Below are positions 23,736 through 37,227 of a DNA stretch of 64,000 bases, one piece after another. A program made the position numbers and the translations under genes. Position 1 is the first letter of the stretch. Each line of letters opens with the position of its first letter. The notes beneath the pieces were generated by a model. It did no database searches and was not told the DNA's origin. It saw only the letters and a list, made by a program, of their open reading frames with translations. This DNA is from Lingula anatina. Taxonomy: Eukaryota; Animalia; Brachiopoda. The stretch spans positions 4,216,001 to 4,280,000 of the forward strand of contig CM120643.1 of assembly GCA_051362555.1 (NCBI GenBank), in the 5' to 3' direction.

Positions 23736-25259
23736 GATTGACAAATAATATCATACAGAACCTGGGTAGGGGGTAAAACTTATGCTTACAACAGGTATGT
23801 ATACAAAACTGAGGGATACTTGATAAATAAAAATTTTCCAGTTTTTCGCCACTTGAGAGTTACATTTACACTTACTGTCATATTTAAGATATTTCATTTA
23901 CACACATAACCCCAACCAGGTAATATGATGTGACTATTGTATTCATCAGTGCAGTGGAGATCATAGTTGTATATGTGTCTGTAGTCTCGTATAGAAATCA
24001 CTGAACACACTGTGGACATGATATACAGTGATGAGAGAGTGAGAGAACATTTTAAAACTAGCAAACTGCAGGTCTCTTTGCAGTAAATTTCAGGCTTTTC
24101 TTTTCTTATGGAATATGTACAGAGTACACATGTACATTTACTGGGGGGAATTTTTAATGCACAAATGTAATTAAATAAAAAAGTACTGTGCATATGTTTA
24201 CAAATACAGTTTTGTAAGTCTGAAAATTAAATTGAAAGTCTACAATGCAGTTTTTGTCACTATTTATCATACTTATTATATTAGGTAATTATATGATTTC
24301 ATCAACTTTATTCATAACTTTCAATTTTAATGCACTTCTTGAAAATGTATTTGACCTTTGTTTTTCTGAGAATTATCATTTCAACAGCATAAATGTACCA
24401 ACCAACTTTTAATTATCAATAAATATTAAAAATTATTATTTATTGTAGTTGTTTTATTTATATGACTGTGTAAGAATATTTAGGTCTAAGAACTCAGTCC
24501 CAATAAAAATAAGAGTGCATTCAGTGCTTTATCTGTCTAGGTAGATCAATTAAGGGGGACTCTTTCTGAATGTAATCAGATTAAGAGATTAGCATACCAC
24601 CCCTAGCTTTGAGTAGAAAATGGAAAACAAGCATGTTATAAACAAGGCAGCAAAGCTGTCAAATGTACAGACAAAAAACAGAAAATAATGATGCAAAATA
24701 GGTCATTTTGCCAATTTTGATGCAATAATAAATAATGCTTATAATAGCACTGTTAGTCAACACTGAATTTTAATCATGCACAACAGGTAACATGGTCAAT
24801 AACAGGAGCTGACCCAGAGATATTTTCTGACAGTATTCCAAAGTATCTTTGTTGATCCATCCTCTATTTTGATGATCTTCCAACAGAAAAAAAAAAATAT
24901 CAGTCAATATAAACTTAAAAATCTGAACGTCTTCCGGAAGCTGACCCAGAAGATGGTCTCAATCCATCCCTTCAATAAGATTACAGTATCAGGACCATGA
25001 GAGACCAAAGTCACATGATGAAAGTCTCAATATTTGAAAAATGATGACAGTGCATAAAATAATATTACATAAATTGAAAACATAAATTGAAAACATAAAT
25101 AACATACAACTGCTTATGTGGAAATACAGAAAATGTGCAAAGCTTCAGGCGGTTAAATATCACAAATGCAAGTGTTTGAGAAAAAAGTTATTAAGGAAAA
25201 TAAACAAAACTAGAAAAGCACTCCGAGAGTGCAGACCTCTGCCCAGGCAGCAATTGTTG

Positions 25260-25304
<45 letters not shown>

Positions 25305-26291
25305 TACCTGCATAATTTACCTCCATAATTATCACTGCTTCCTTATTATTAATCTAGCAGAGAGCTTAACCTTTGGGAGTTTACAGGGAGATATCAACAA
25401 GTGTGCTTTATGTAATCTCATTTAATGGCCTATTAATAATCAATTAGGCAAATTACTTTATAACTCACAGCTTAGCTAAGTGATACCCAAGGGAAATTTA
25501 CAGACTGACCCTCTCAAAGACCCTTCAGGCCCATAAGTCACATCTTAAGAAAAGCACAAAACAATAATGCACAAAATAGGAGACTACCAATTCTGATGAA
25601 ATGATACATTATGTTTAACTGCAAGGTCAACATCATATTTTAATTATGCACACCAGGTAACACCGACCAAAGTAAAAGCATAAGGCTTCAGGCCCATCAG
25701 AGTTCAAGTTTATACTTAGAAAGTGCCAGAATAAAAAAATGAAAATTTCACACAAAATTGCATAAATTCAATAATAAACGATAACCCAATTGACCTAGCT
25801 TTCTAATTTTAACTGCATGCCAATCCTAAAAATCATTCTCATAAGTTAAAAATAAAAATAATTAACAAAGTTTTCTTTTCATAATGTTTGCAGTAGCAGT
25901 GCAAAAAGATTATTGTAAATTTTGATGTAACATTGCATAATAAATTATAGAATAATTATCACCAATTTTTGATTATTGATTACAAATAGCATGGACATGT
26001 AGAAAATTTGATTACCATTCGGCTTCATGTCCATGGGAGCTCCGAGTCCCACAATGAATATGCCAAAAAGTTAATGAATATTTCAATGTATAACTTCCCG
26101 AAAAAGAAGCCAATTAGACTGCTTTTCCAACTCAGGCTGCATTTTAGTACAGTGTTTCTTTTTTAAGGTTTGACAGTCATAAGTAACACGGTTTTCCCAT
26201 AATGGTCATCATGGCAGCAGCACCAAAAATTGTGTTTTCTTCTATTTTGAAGCAACATTACATAATGCTTAACAGCATATATGACCATCAA

Positions 26292-27726
26292 TTTTTATGT
26301 ACAGACACAGATGTGTCTGTACATATAGCCATCATCTGCGTCTGTCGTCGCCGTCGCCGTCGCCGTCGTCGCCGTGCACTCTTACCGATAACACGATAAG
26401 TGGAAAACTTTTTTCTTTTAGCTTGAAACTTGCAGAACTGATGAATATTCGTAATACGCAGGTCAAGTTAGAAAATCAGCATGATCGGGTCACTTATAGG
26501 GAATTTATGCTGTTTTTTCACTTTTTTCAGCATATATGCAGCACCGATAACACGATAAGTGGAAAATCATTTTACCTTTTGGCTTGAAACTTACAGAACT
26601 GATGAATATTCATAATACGCAGGTCAAGTTTGAAAATCAGCATGATCGGGTCACTTATAGGGAATTTATGCTGTTTTTTCACTTTTTTCAACATATATGC
26701 AGCACCGATAACACGATAAGTGGAAAATCATTTTACCTTTTGGCTTGAAACTTACAGAACTGATGAATATTCATAATTCGCAGGTCAAGTTTGAAAATCA
26801 GCATGATCGGGTCACTTATAGGGAATTTATGCTGTTTTTTCACTTTTTTCAGCATATATGCAGCACCGATAACACGATAAGTGGAAAACCATTTTACCTT
26901 TTGGCTTGAAACTTACAGAACTGATGAATATTCATAATACGCAGGTCAAGTTCGAAAATCAGCGTGATTGGGTCATTTTTAGTGAATTTAGGCTATTTTT
27001 TTCTCTTTTTTCAGCATATATGCAGCACCGATAACACCATAAATGGAAAACCATTTTACCTTTTGGCTTGAAACTTACAAAACTGATGAATATTCAAAAT
27101 ACGCAGGTCAAGTTTGAAAATCAGCATGATCGGGCCATTTTTAGGGATGTTATGCTGTTTTTTCACTTCTTTCAACATATATGCAACGCTAATAACACAA
27201 TATAAGAAAAACAGATAGGCCAATTGTCATTATACTCACAGGAGTAGTCAAACTAACTAAAACGCAGGTTGAGTTCCAAAATCAGCATAATCCGGCCATT
27301 CTTTTAGAAGTTATGCTGTTTTTTCACATTTCCTCAGATTCAATTGTTAGGCATGTTAACAGTCTCATTATTGAACTAATAAGATATGTAAAAGTGTTTG
27401 TTTGACATTTCCTGCATCTTAATAACATTGTTAGTTAATTATGTAAAAATGATGGTAAACTTTTTATTGTGTATTACGTTATAAAGTGTCAAAAATGGAA
27501 ATAAACAAATATCATTGCAGTTTGTCAGATTCAATCATCTACTATATTCATTATCTCAGAATGGAGGAAATTGGACATTTAACACTGTTCTATTGATATT
27601 TTTCCCATCTCATCAATTTTCTTAGTTGATCATATACAAATGGTAGAAAACTGTTTATTTTGTTTTATGTTAAAAAAGTGTTTTAAAAATGGAAGTAAAT
27701 CCATTGCAGAACAGTGCTGTCTTGTT
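26292..27726 (+). mobile_element. HINE copy A (short form) with ~5 monomers of a 161-bp satellite
   Basis: Starts with a T-run, the hairpin and the microsatellite. ACCGATAACACGATAAGTGG recurs at 26543, 26704 and 26865 (period 161). Ends ACAGTGCTGTCTTGTT. Confidence 0.85.
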
Positions 27727-29064
27727 TCAGCATATATGCAGCACCGATAACACGATAAGTGGAAAACCATTTTTATGTACAGACACAGATGTGTCTGTAC
27801 ATATTGCCATCATCTGCGTCTGTCGCCGCCGTCGTCGCTGTCGCCGTCGCCGTCGCCGTGCACTTTTACCGATAACACGATAAGTGGAAAACCATTTTGC
27901 CTTTTGATTTGAAACTTGCAGAACTGATGAATATTCATAATACGCAGGTCAAGTTCGAAAATCAGCATGATCGGGTCACTCTTAGGGAATTTATGCTGTT
28001 TTTTCACTTTTTTCAACATATATGCAGCACTGATAACACGATAAGTGGAAAACCATTGTACCTTTTGGCTTGAAACTTACAGTACTGATGAATATTCATA
28101 ATACGCAGGTCAAGTTCGAAAATCAGCATGATCGGGTCACTTATAGGGAATTTATGCTGTTTTTTCACTTTTTTCAGCATATATGCAGCACCGATAACAC
28201 GATAAGTGGAAAACCATTTTACCTTTTGGCTTGAAACTTACAGAACTGATGAATATACATAATACGCAGGTCAAGTTCGAAAATCAGCATGATTGGGTCA
28301 TTTTTAGTGAATTTAGGCTATTTTTTCACTTTTTTTCAGCATTTTTGCAACACTGATAACACAATAAATGAAGAGCTGTTTTACCCTTTGGCTTGAAACT
28401 TACAGAACTGATAAATATTCATAATACGCAGGTCAAGTTCGAAAATCAGCACGATCGGGTCACTTATAGGGAATTTATGCTGTTTTTTTTCACTTTTTTC
28501 AGTATATATGCAACACTGATAACACAATATAAGAAAAACAGATTGGCCAATTGTCATTATACTCACAGGAGGGGCCAATCTTACTAAAACGCAGGTTGAG
28601 TTTGAAAATCAGCATAATCAGTCCATTATTTTAAAAGGTAATGCTGTTTTTTCACATTTCCTCACATTCAATTCTTAGGCATGTTAACAGTCTCATTATT
28701 GAACTAATAAGATACGTAAATGTGTTTGTTTGGCATTTCCTGCATCTTTACAACATTGTTAGTTGATTTTGTAAAAATGATGGTAAACTTGTTATCATGT
28801 ATTGTGTAATAAAGTGTCAAAAATGGAAATAAACTCATATCATTGCAGTTTGTCAGATGCATTCATCCACTATGTTCAGAATCTCAGAATGGAGGAAGTT
28901 GGGCATTTAAAACTGTTCTATTGATACTTTTCCCATCAATTTCTCATCAATTTTCTTCATTGGTCATATAAAAATGGCAGTAAACTGTTTATTTTGTTTT
29001 ATGTTTAAAAAGTGTTAAAAATGGAAATAAACCCATTTCAGAACAGTGCTGTATTGTTTACATT

Positions 29065-30075
29065 TTGGCATTTTCAATATGTGACTTTGAAGTTCCATGG
29101 GCCTGAAGGCTTTTGCTAGTCACATTTTCTGAATAACCATGATACTAATATTTTATAATTAAAAATTGATGGTCATTATGCTGTAAAACATTATGTAATA
29201 TTGCATGAAAATTTGAAGAAACCCCTATTTTGGGCACTGCTCCCATGATGACCATTTAAGGAAAATCATGTCACTTACTGTTCTCAAACTTACAGGAAAG
29301 AAACATGGGACTAAAATACAGCTCCAGTAGGCAATGCAGTCTGTTTGGTTAATTTTTCTGGCAATTAAACAGTTTTTTGTGAAAATTTAATTTTTCACTT
29401 ATTGGCATTTTCAAGGTGTGACTTTGAAGTTCCATGATCCTGAAGACCTTTGCTTGTCACATTTCCTGAATATCCGTGATACTAATATTTTATAATTAAA
29501 AATTGATGGTCATTATGCTGTTAAACATTATGTAATGTTGCATCAAAATTTGAAGAAACCCCTATTTTGGGCACTGCTCCCATGATGACCATTTAACAAA
29601 AATCATGTCAATTACTGTTCTCAAACTTACAGGAAAGAAACATGGGTCTAAAATACAGCTTCAGTATGCAATGCAGTCTGTTTGGTAAATTTTTCTGGCA
29701 ATTAAACAGTTTTTTGTGAAAATTTAATTTTTCACATATTGGCATTTCCAAGGTGCGACTTAGAACCTCCACGGGCTTGAAGACCCGTGCTAGTCACATT
29801 TTGTGAAAATCCATGACACTTATATTTTATTATTAAAAATCGATGGTCATTATGCTGTTAAGCATTATGTAATGTTGCATCAAAATAGAAGAAAACACAA
29901 TTTTTGGTGCTGCTACCTTGATGACCATTATGGAAAAACCGTGTTACTTATGACTGTCAAACTTTCAAAAAAGAAACACAGGACTAAAATGCAGCCTGAG
30001 TTAGAAAAGCAGTCTAATTGGTTTCTTTTTCTGGAAGTTATACATTTTAGTGTTATATTCATTATCTTTTTTGGC
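29065..30075. repeat. ~338-bp tandem repeat, ~3 copies, inside HINE copy B
   Basis: TTGGCATTT...GACTT...AAAAAT(T/C)GATGGTCATTATGCTG recurs at ~29065, ~29403 and ~29740. Confidence 0.85.
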
Positions 30076-30821
30076 ATATTCATTGTGGGACTCGGAGCTC
30101 CCATGGACATGAAGCCAAATGGTAATCATATTTTCTACATGTCCATCCTATTTATAGTCAATAAACAAAAATTGGTGATAATTATTCTCTAATTTATTAT
30201 GTATTGTTACATCAAAATTGACAATCTTTTTGCACTGCTACTGCAAACATTATGAAAAGAAAACTGTGCTACTTATTATAATTTTAAATTTACAAGTACG
30301 ATTTTTAGGATTGGCCTTCAGCTCATGAGAAAACCAGCTCTATTGGATTATCATGTTTATTGTATTTATGCATTTTTTGTGAAATTTTCATTTTTCTCAT
30401 TCTGGCACTTTCTAAGTATAAACTTGAACTCTGATGGGCCTGAAGCCTTATGTTTTTACTTTCGTCTGTGTTACCTGTTGTGCATAAGTTGATGTTGACT
30501 GTGCAGTTAAACATAATGTATTATTGCATCAGGATTGGTAGTCTCCTATTTTGGGCATTATGGTTTTGTGCTTTTCTTAAGGTGTGACTTATGGGCCTGA
30601 AGACCTTTGAGTGGGTCAGTCTGTAAATTACCCTTGGGTATCACTAGATTAATTTCAGAGTTATAAAGTCATTTGATTTAATAGGCCATTAAATGAGATT
30701 ATGTAAAGCACACTTGTTGATATTTCCCTGTAAACTCCCAAAGGTAAAGCTCTCTGCTAGATTAATAATAAGGAAGCAGTGATAATTATGCAGGTAAATT
30801 TTGTTTAATATTGCAAATAAG

Positions 30822-30869
<48 letters not shown>

Positions 30870-30914
30870 AACTGGAAGATTAAAAGTTTGAATAGCAGCT
30901 TCATTGGAATTATA

Positions 30915-31151
30915 TTTACCTCAAGCTCTGCCAAGGAGGTTATATTTTCACCCCTGTTTGTCTGTCATCCACATAACACAAAAAGTTATGGACTGATTTT
31001 GCAGAAATTTTCAGGAACTGTCGGAAGTGGGCCAAAGAGGACAATGATTAATTTTTGGTGGTGGTCCGGATCAATAATCAATCAATTATCACTAATAATC
31101 AACAATTGCTGCCTTGGCAGAGGTCTGCACTCTCAAAGTGCTTTTCTAGTT
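30915..31151 (+). mobile_element. Small HINE/DINE-like element of a second family nested in copy B
   Basis: TTTACCTC..CTCTGCCAAGGAGGTTAT...CCTTGGCAGAGGTCTGCACTCTCAAAGTGCTTTTCTAGTT (subTIRs, 3' hairpin, CTAGT). Its 3' end is also present inverted at ~25207-25260. Confidence 0.8.
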
Positions 31152-32899
31152 TTGTTGTTTTCCTTTATAATTTTTTCTCAAACACTTGCATTTGTGACTT
31201 TTAGCCCCAGGCAGGCTGTCATCTGCCTGGGGCTCTGCACATTTTCTGTATTTCTACATAAGCAGTTATATTGTTTTTTATGTCTTTAAACATTATGTAA
31301 TATTATTTTATGCACTGTCATCATTTTTCAAATATTGAGACTTTCATAATGTGAATTTGAACTCTCATGGTCCTGAAACTGTAATCTTATTGAAGGGGTG
31401 GATTGAGACCATCTTCTGGGTCTTCCGGAAGACAGTCAGGTTATTAGTTTAAATTGACTGGTATCTATTTTTTTCTGTTGGAACACCATCAAAATGGAGG
31501 ATGGATCAACATAGATACTTTGTAATACTGTCAGAAAATATCTCTGGGTCCGCTCCTGTTATTGACCATGTTACCTGTTGTGCAAGATTAAAATTCAGTG
31601 TTGACTGACAGTGCTATTATAAGCATTATTTATTATTGCATCAAAATTGACAAAATGACCTTTTTTGCATCTTTATTTTCTGTTTTCTGTCTGTACATTT
31701 GACAGCTTTGCTGCCTTGTTATTTAATAGAATATTAGTAACATGGATTTTCAGAAAACATGACAAGCAAAGGTCTTCAGAATCATGGAACTTCAAAGTCA
31801 CACCTTGAAAATGTGTTGCATATATGTTGAAAAAAGTGAAAAAATAGCATAACTCCCCTAAAAATGGCTTGATCATGCTGATTTTCGAACTTGATCTGCG
31901 GATTATGAATCTTCATCAGTTTTGTAAGTTTGAAGCCAAAAAATAAAGCGGTTTTCCACTTATCGTGTTATCGGTGCTGCATATATGCTGAAAAAAGTTA
32001 AAAAAAAACAGCATAACTTCCCTACAAGTCACCCGATCATGCTGATTTTCGAACTTGACCTGCGTATTATAAATATTTATCAGTTCTGTAAGTTTCAAGC
32101 CAAAAGCCAAAACGGTTTTCCAGTTATCGTGTTATCGGTGCTGTATATATGCTGAAAAAAGAGAAAAAATAGCCTAAATTCACTAAAAAATGAGCCAATC
32201 ATGCCGATTTTCGAACTTGACCTGCGTATTATGAATATTTATCAGTTCTGTAAGTTTCAAGCCAAAAAGTAAAATGGTTTTCCACTTATCATGTTATCGG
32301 TGCTGCATTTATGCTGAAAAAAGAGAAAAAATAGCCTAAATTCACTAAAAAATGAGCCAATCATGCCGATTTTCGAACTTGACCTGCGTATTATGAATAT
32401 TCATTAGTTCTGTAAGTTTCAAGCCAAAAGAAAAAACAGTTTTCCACTTATCGTGTTATCGGTAAAAGTGCACGACGGCGACGACGGCGACGACAGACGC
32501 AGATGATGGCTATATGTACAGACACATCTGTGTCTGTACATAACAAAAGGAGGCAAGCCAATCCAATTGCATTCAGCAAGAGTCCCTGTGGAGTTGGATC
32601 GATTTACATAGACCAATAGTGTCATTGGGAATGAGTCCTAAATTAAGGCACTAGTAGATATGTCAGTGGCAATACTAAGATGAATAAAAATAAAATAATA
32701 AAAAGAAAGTGTAGTGATAGTTTCTAATATGATTCTTTTACTTCCAAAAGTGTTTTATGCGGTTAAAAGTGATAACATTGGTAATATTAAAGAATCGGGG
32801 ACCACTGAAAGACAAAGTATATTGCAAACTTTTTGAGAGGTAAAAAACTAGGCCATGTCTCCCATTTCTCCGTGCAGAATCTTACAGATATCAAGTCAC

Positions 32900-33211
32900 C
32901 GACGTTGTATATGAGCGCACGCATGTTATTACGTCGCTCATTCTTCTTTGTTACGTTAAAATGATACATACGTTACCATAAAGCGTGTAAATATTTTTTA
33001 TTCTATTTTCATTGGTTGTCTTTCCTTTTGTGCGCCAACACTATTTTAATGAAACACAAATAAAAGACATAAGTGTTGGCCCACAAAGCGAAAGAAAACC
33101 AATGAAAATAGAATAAATATTTACACGCTTCATGGTAACGTATGTATCATTTTAATGTAACAAAGAAGAATAAGCGACGTAAAAACAAGCGTGCGCACAT
33201 ATACAACGTCG
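32900..33211. mobile_element. Fold-back MITE with ~140-bp arms and a 3-bp CAC direct repeat
   Basis: CGACGTTGTATATG...GCCAACACT matched by AGTGTTGGC...CATATACAACGTCG, with CAC on both flanks. Confidence 0.85.
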
Positions 33212-36200
33212 CACGCAACCACAGAGTCGCGACAACAGAGAACAATGAAATCAGAAAACAATACCTTCACGAATGATGCGTAACTCAGTAAACTGATTCT
33301 TATGTGATTTGTTTTTTCTAAGAAGCATATTTGAGTTCATTTGTGCTGCTGCATAAAAATAAAAATGTTAGATATACATGTACAAACCTTAGTCGCCACA
33401 ACTCTAGTGTTAAATATTTACAGTGCTAGAGCAATAGGCGACATCATGTTTTAATTGGGATGCTTTAATAATAATAATAACCTCATTTATTTGGGATGAA
33501 GGTCTATAGATGGACAAAACAAAATGGTTTGTTTGTGCAATAATCTGATGATAACGTTTAGATTGTGTCAAGCCGCATCGTGTCTTCTCTAACACAATCC
33601 CACAGTCAGTGCTATTATTATGTAAACCAGGTGAGCATTTTGGTGAGAGGTATTCAGATAGGACCAAGGTCAGTAGGAAGAGGAAGAAGCTTCACGTGCC
33701 ACATTGCCACAATTTCCACACGTAGACTGAAATTTTGGCACTGAGAATTGCTGTAGTTTGTTGTAAGTACTGTATAGATGATATAAGGCAACACTGATCG
33801 GTTTATTTTGACGATATTTTATCCAAAAGTATGCATTTCCCACTTCAGGCGTAATGGCTCTTGGGTATATTTCATTGACATGAATGCCGAAATGAGCTTG
33901 AAAAGTTAAATAACTTTTTATGTTGCTTTTTCCAGAAGGAAAGTATTTGCTCATACAGAAGTGAGAAGATTATTCCAGCCGTCCAAAGGTCTGAACGCGT
34001 TATTCCGTCTTAAACAAAGCAAGACGACAAAGCAGATAACTACCGGTACATTCTCAGCTCCCAATGGGTGCCTTTTTATTTTTTGACAGCGAGCTGTACA
34101 AATATATCCTGTTTACTAAAGTTAACTGACAATAAACAAATTATTTTATAGAGAACTAGCCGCGACCAGGAAAGCAAACGTATATTTGCTAGGCATAGTC
34201 GACCTCCCTTGACTTCAATTTTTTTCCTGATTTCAGTTTCAATTACATACCGTTCTTGATATTATAATCTGAAATAAAATGTTTACATAAAGTATTTGAT
34301 TTTAATAAGTTGAGCTAAATTCATGTAAGTATGGATGCATTGGAATAAAGTAATTGGTAGAATCATTCTGAAGAGTTTTTAATAAGCAAATGTAGCAATA
34401 AAATCCTGAATTTATATCACTCTACCCACAAAATATGCAAAATAATGTATAACTAAGAAAGTCAAAAACCAAACAAGATCATCGTTATTATTATTATTTA
34501 TTTCACTTTGTCAGATCCTTAGATATTGTTATGAATTTTATTTAATCCATTTCATTTTTCATTTAATTTCAGTGCCTCGTAACAACCGTCTTACGATGAA
34601 ATAGGACGCACTCCCAGCAAAGACATCAGATTCGTGTTCGCCAGCGCCCGCACCCATGTCAACGTTGTCTTGCGTGTCGAAGTTTGTCGTATAGTTTTGA
34701 CTTGCAGTTAAAGTTAAAACTTGCAGGGTTGACATTTGATTTGGTTTGAAATGTAATATTTGCTTTGGGTTGTAATATTCTGCATCAAAGCGTGTATCAA
34801 ATGAAGTGCAGCGTGTAACAAATGTTTTATTCATGGAACTTCTGATAAAATGGACCAAATCCAAGGGTCAACTCTGCACGTCGCTGATTTATTATTAAAC
34901 ATATGTAAATAGGTTGCAGTACAGCACTCTATCTGCACACGATGTTTTTATCATCGTTTAGAATCTTTTGTTCATAACCGCCAGTTCTCGAACCTGAAAA
35001 GACACTTTGAAATTATCCTAAAACAAAAAAGTGCCTTGCTTAAGTGATCTAAGAATATAAAATCAATTGTTGTAAAATTATCATTAAGTGATGTGCAGGT
35101 AGAGCGCTGTAGTGGTGCGACCGGTTTAATGTTTGATTGTAAAATTTTGTGTGGGCAAATATGTAATAAGACGCTTTGTTATGCACTCAAAAATACATTT
35201 TTATTCATATTAAATTGGATATGGATACAAATATTGATTTTAATGAAGTTAACTTTAAAAAAATAAGTAGACTCGTGCGTAAAATGTATACAGGAATCTT
35301 CTCTTGGAAGAATATTTTACAAGAATCTTTTATTGGAAGAAATGACCGAGATATAAAACTACAATAAGCTGTTAACACTGTAATCCAAATTATGACACTT
35401 AAGAATTATCGGAAGTATGAAATTGTAAAATGTGCTCAAGTTATTACAGAATTGCCTACACGTATTAAAACAGGCCTTTCTAAAATTATGGATATGACGC
35501 ATGGTAAGAATAAACTTCCTTTGGTTCCCGGTGTTTTGATATACTAGTAGTATGTCTGATCTGTGATAGACCTATAGTTTTATTGCTGGGAGGGGGTAGA
35601 AATGTTTTTGTTTTCAGAAAATCAAACCAGGGGTTGGGTCGTTTTTTTTTTCGAAATTTATATGTTTTTGTTATTTAAGAAGGAAAATTGGCTTTTTGCC
35701 TTCGTTACAAAGCGGAATTGTTAAGAGAAACAAAGTGTTTTATTTTGGCATCCTTTGACAATTAAAGTGTACATGCAGGACTGGCATTTATCGCATCCTT
35801 TTACAACTTGAAAAATCCTTATCATATTCTTATCGTTAACCACAGTTGTCGCAAAGCTTTTTTTTGGGGGGGGGGAGGGGGTATCGGTATTTCTTAGTAA
35901 TTGGACGAACTTTTGTAGACTGTCAACTTTTGCCAATCCTCTAAAAACAAAGTAAAATCTTTATTGAATTAACATAAAATCTGCATACGTATCTGTTTTT
36001 ATATTTGGTACATGGTGTATGATTTGGCCAGTTTACTGATTTATTGTTTAAAACCCTTTGTTTTGTGGAATTTGTCTAATCAAATGTGAAAAATCAAAAT
36101 TTCATCAGAAAGAAGACACTTTGATTGGTAAGGCTAAAAGTTTAATAAAAAAATAAGAAGTTCAGTGTTTTATTTAATGCTGATCTTGTACTTGGTACTT

Positions 36201-37227
36201 TCTTTATTCTATATTTCGGTCGGGATCAAGGAGTGATTGAGAACAAAAGGCCTGATTAGGTGTCAGTCCTGCACGTGCTGTTGGGTTATTTTTGCTGAGT
36301 GTTTCTGAATCACTAAGCACAAGTGACCGTAGAGTTATTTTAAGTAAACTTGTTTTTGCACAACCTTTTTAATTTTGTTTACATACTGTTCTCAAAGTGA
36401 CTATTGACTGGGATAAGGTTGTAAACTGACCATGTCTTCATGCTGTTCTTGATTCGCACGACGCATAAATTTAAGTGTTCACTCAAAAATGTGCCACCAA
36501 AATCCTATTTTAAGATTTAAAGAGAAGAAAAATGACGCAAAATATAAGGTACATATCCTTTTATCTATAAGAAAAGCACTCATCAAATTTGCAGAATTGA
36601 ATAATGTTTGACTGCTGTTTGGTGTTGTGCGCGATCATCAGCATGGCGACATAGAGTAAGTTGTGGTGTCATGAGTGTGTACCCGCGTGTGGGGAGAACG
36701 CTTACATGAGATCGTATGCATTTTGAATTTTCTATACTGTTGCCACCCTTGAATTTGGATAAAAAATGTCCCTAGAGAAATTTTGGATCAGTCACAAGAA
36801 AAATACATCAAATTCAACTTTGAACGATGACTGTAAAATACATCGTCAAATCTTCAACTTTCTCTTTTAACTCTGGGTAAAAACCTGAGAATTTCATGTT
36901 CTGGTCAGTATTATGTCGTCTTGTATGCAGTGTTCTTGAGCACTTTTTTAAAACCAAAATGATTGATCTTGAGCGACAATTTTCAAAATGCATAGAATCT
37001 CCCACACATTTAGTTGTAGATAGTTGTATTTAAGATTAATTTATATCTCAAATTGCGCAGTCGTTATGAAAATTACTTTTTATGTAGAGCCAAAACGTAA
37101 TGTTTGAATTTTGCATACATATGTATGGTGCAGTTGTTTGTATTTGTTATAATAAATGTACATAAAAGTTATAAAAAAGATGATGTGCAAAATGTCACAT
37201 GTTTATTCTTGACTTTCTTTTCTTCAG

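Larger units (their letters stand above)
27770..31720 (+). mobile_element. HINE copy B (full length, ~3.95 kb)
   Basis: Same 5' hairpin, ~4 monomers of 161 bp, a unique region duplicating 27190-27720, a ~338-bp internal repeat and the canonical 3' end at 31720. Confidence 0.87.
24641..32543 (-). mobile_element. Non-autonomous Helentron-type (HINE/DINE-like) element, outer copy, split by insertion at 26292-31720
   Basis: The 5' hairpin ATGTACAGACACA-GA-TGTGTCTGTACAT plus (CGT/CGC)n and 161-bp monomers lie at 32543-31813. The 3' subTIR and hairpin GTCTGTACATTTGACAGCTTTGCTGCCTTGTT lie at 24641. The two halves join as ...GACCATCAATTTTT|...AATATTAGTA, matching intact sequence at ~29480-29510 in reverse complement. 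Confidence 0.85.

Noticed and set aside
26202-32625. Many short ORFs, including poly-Arg protamine-like peptides
   Set aside because: They derive from the (CGT/CGC)n microsatellite and satellite monomers of the HINE elements.
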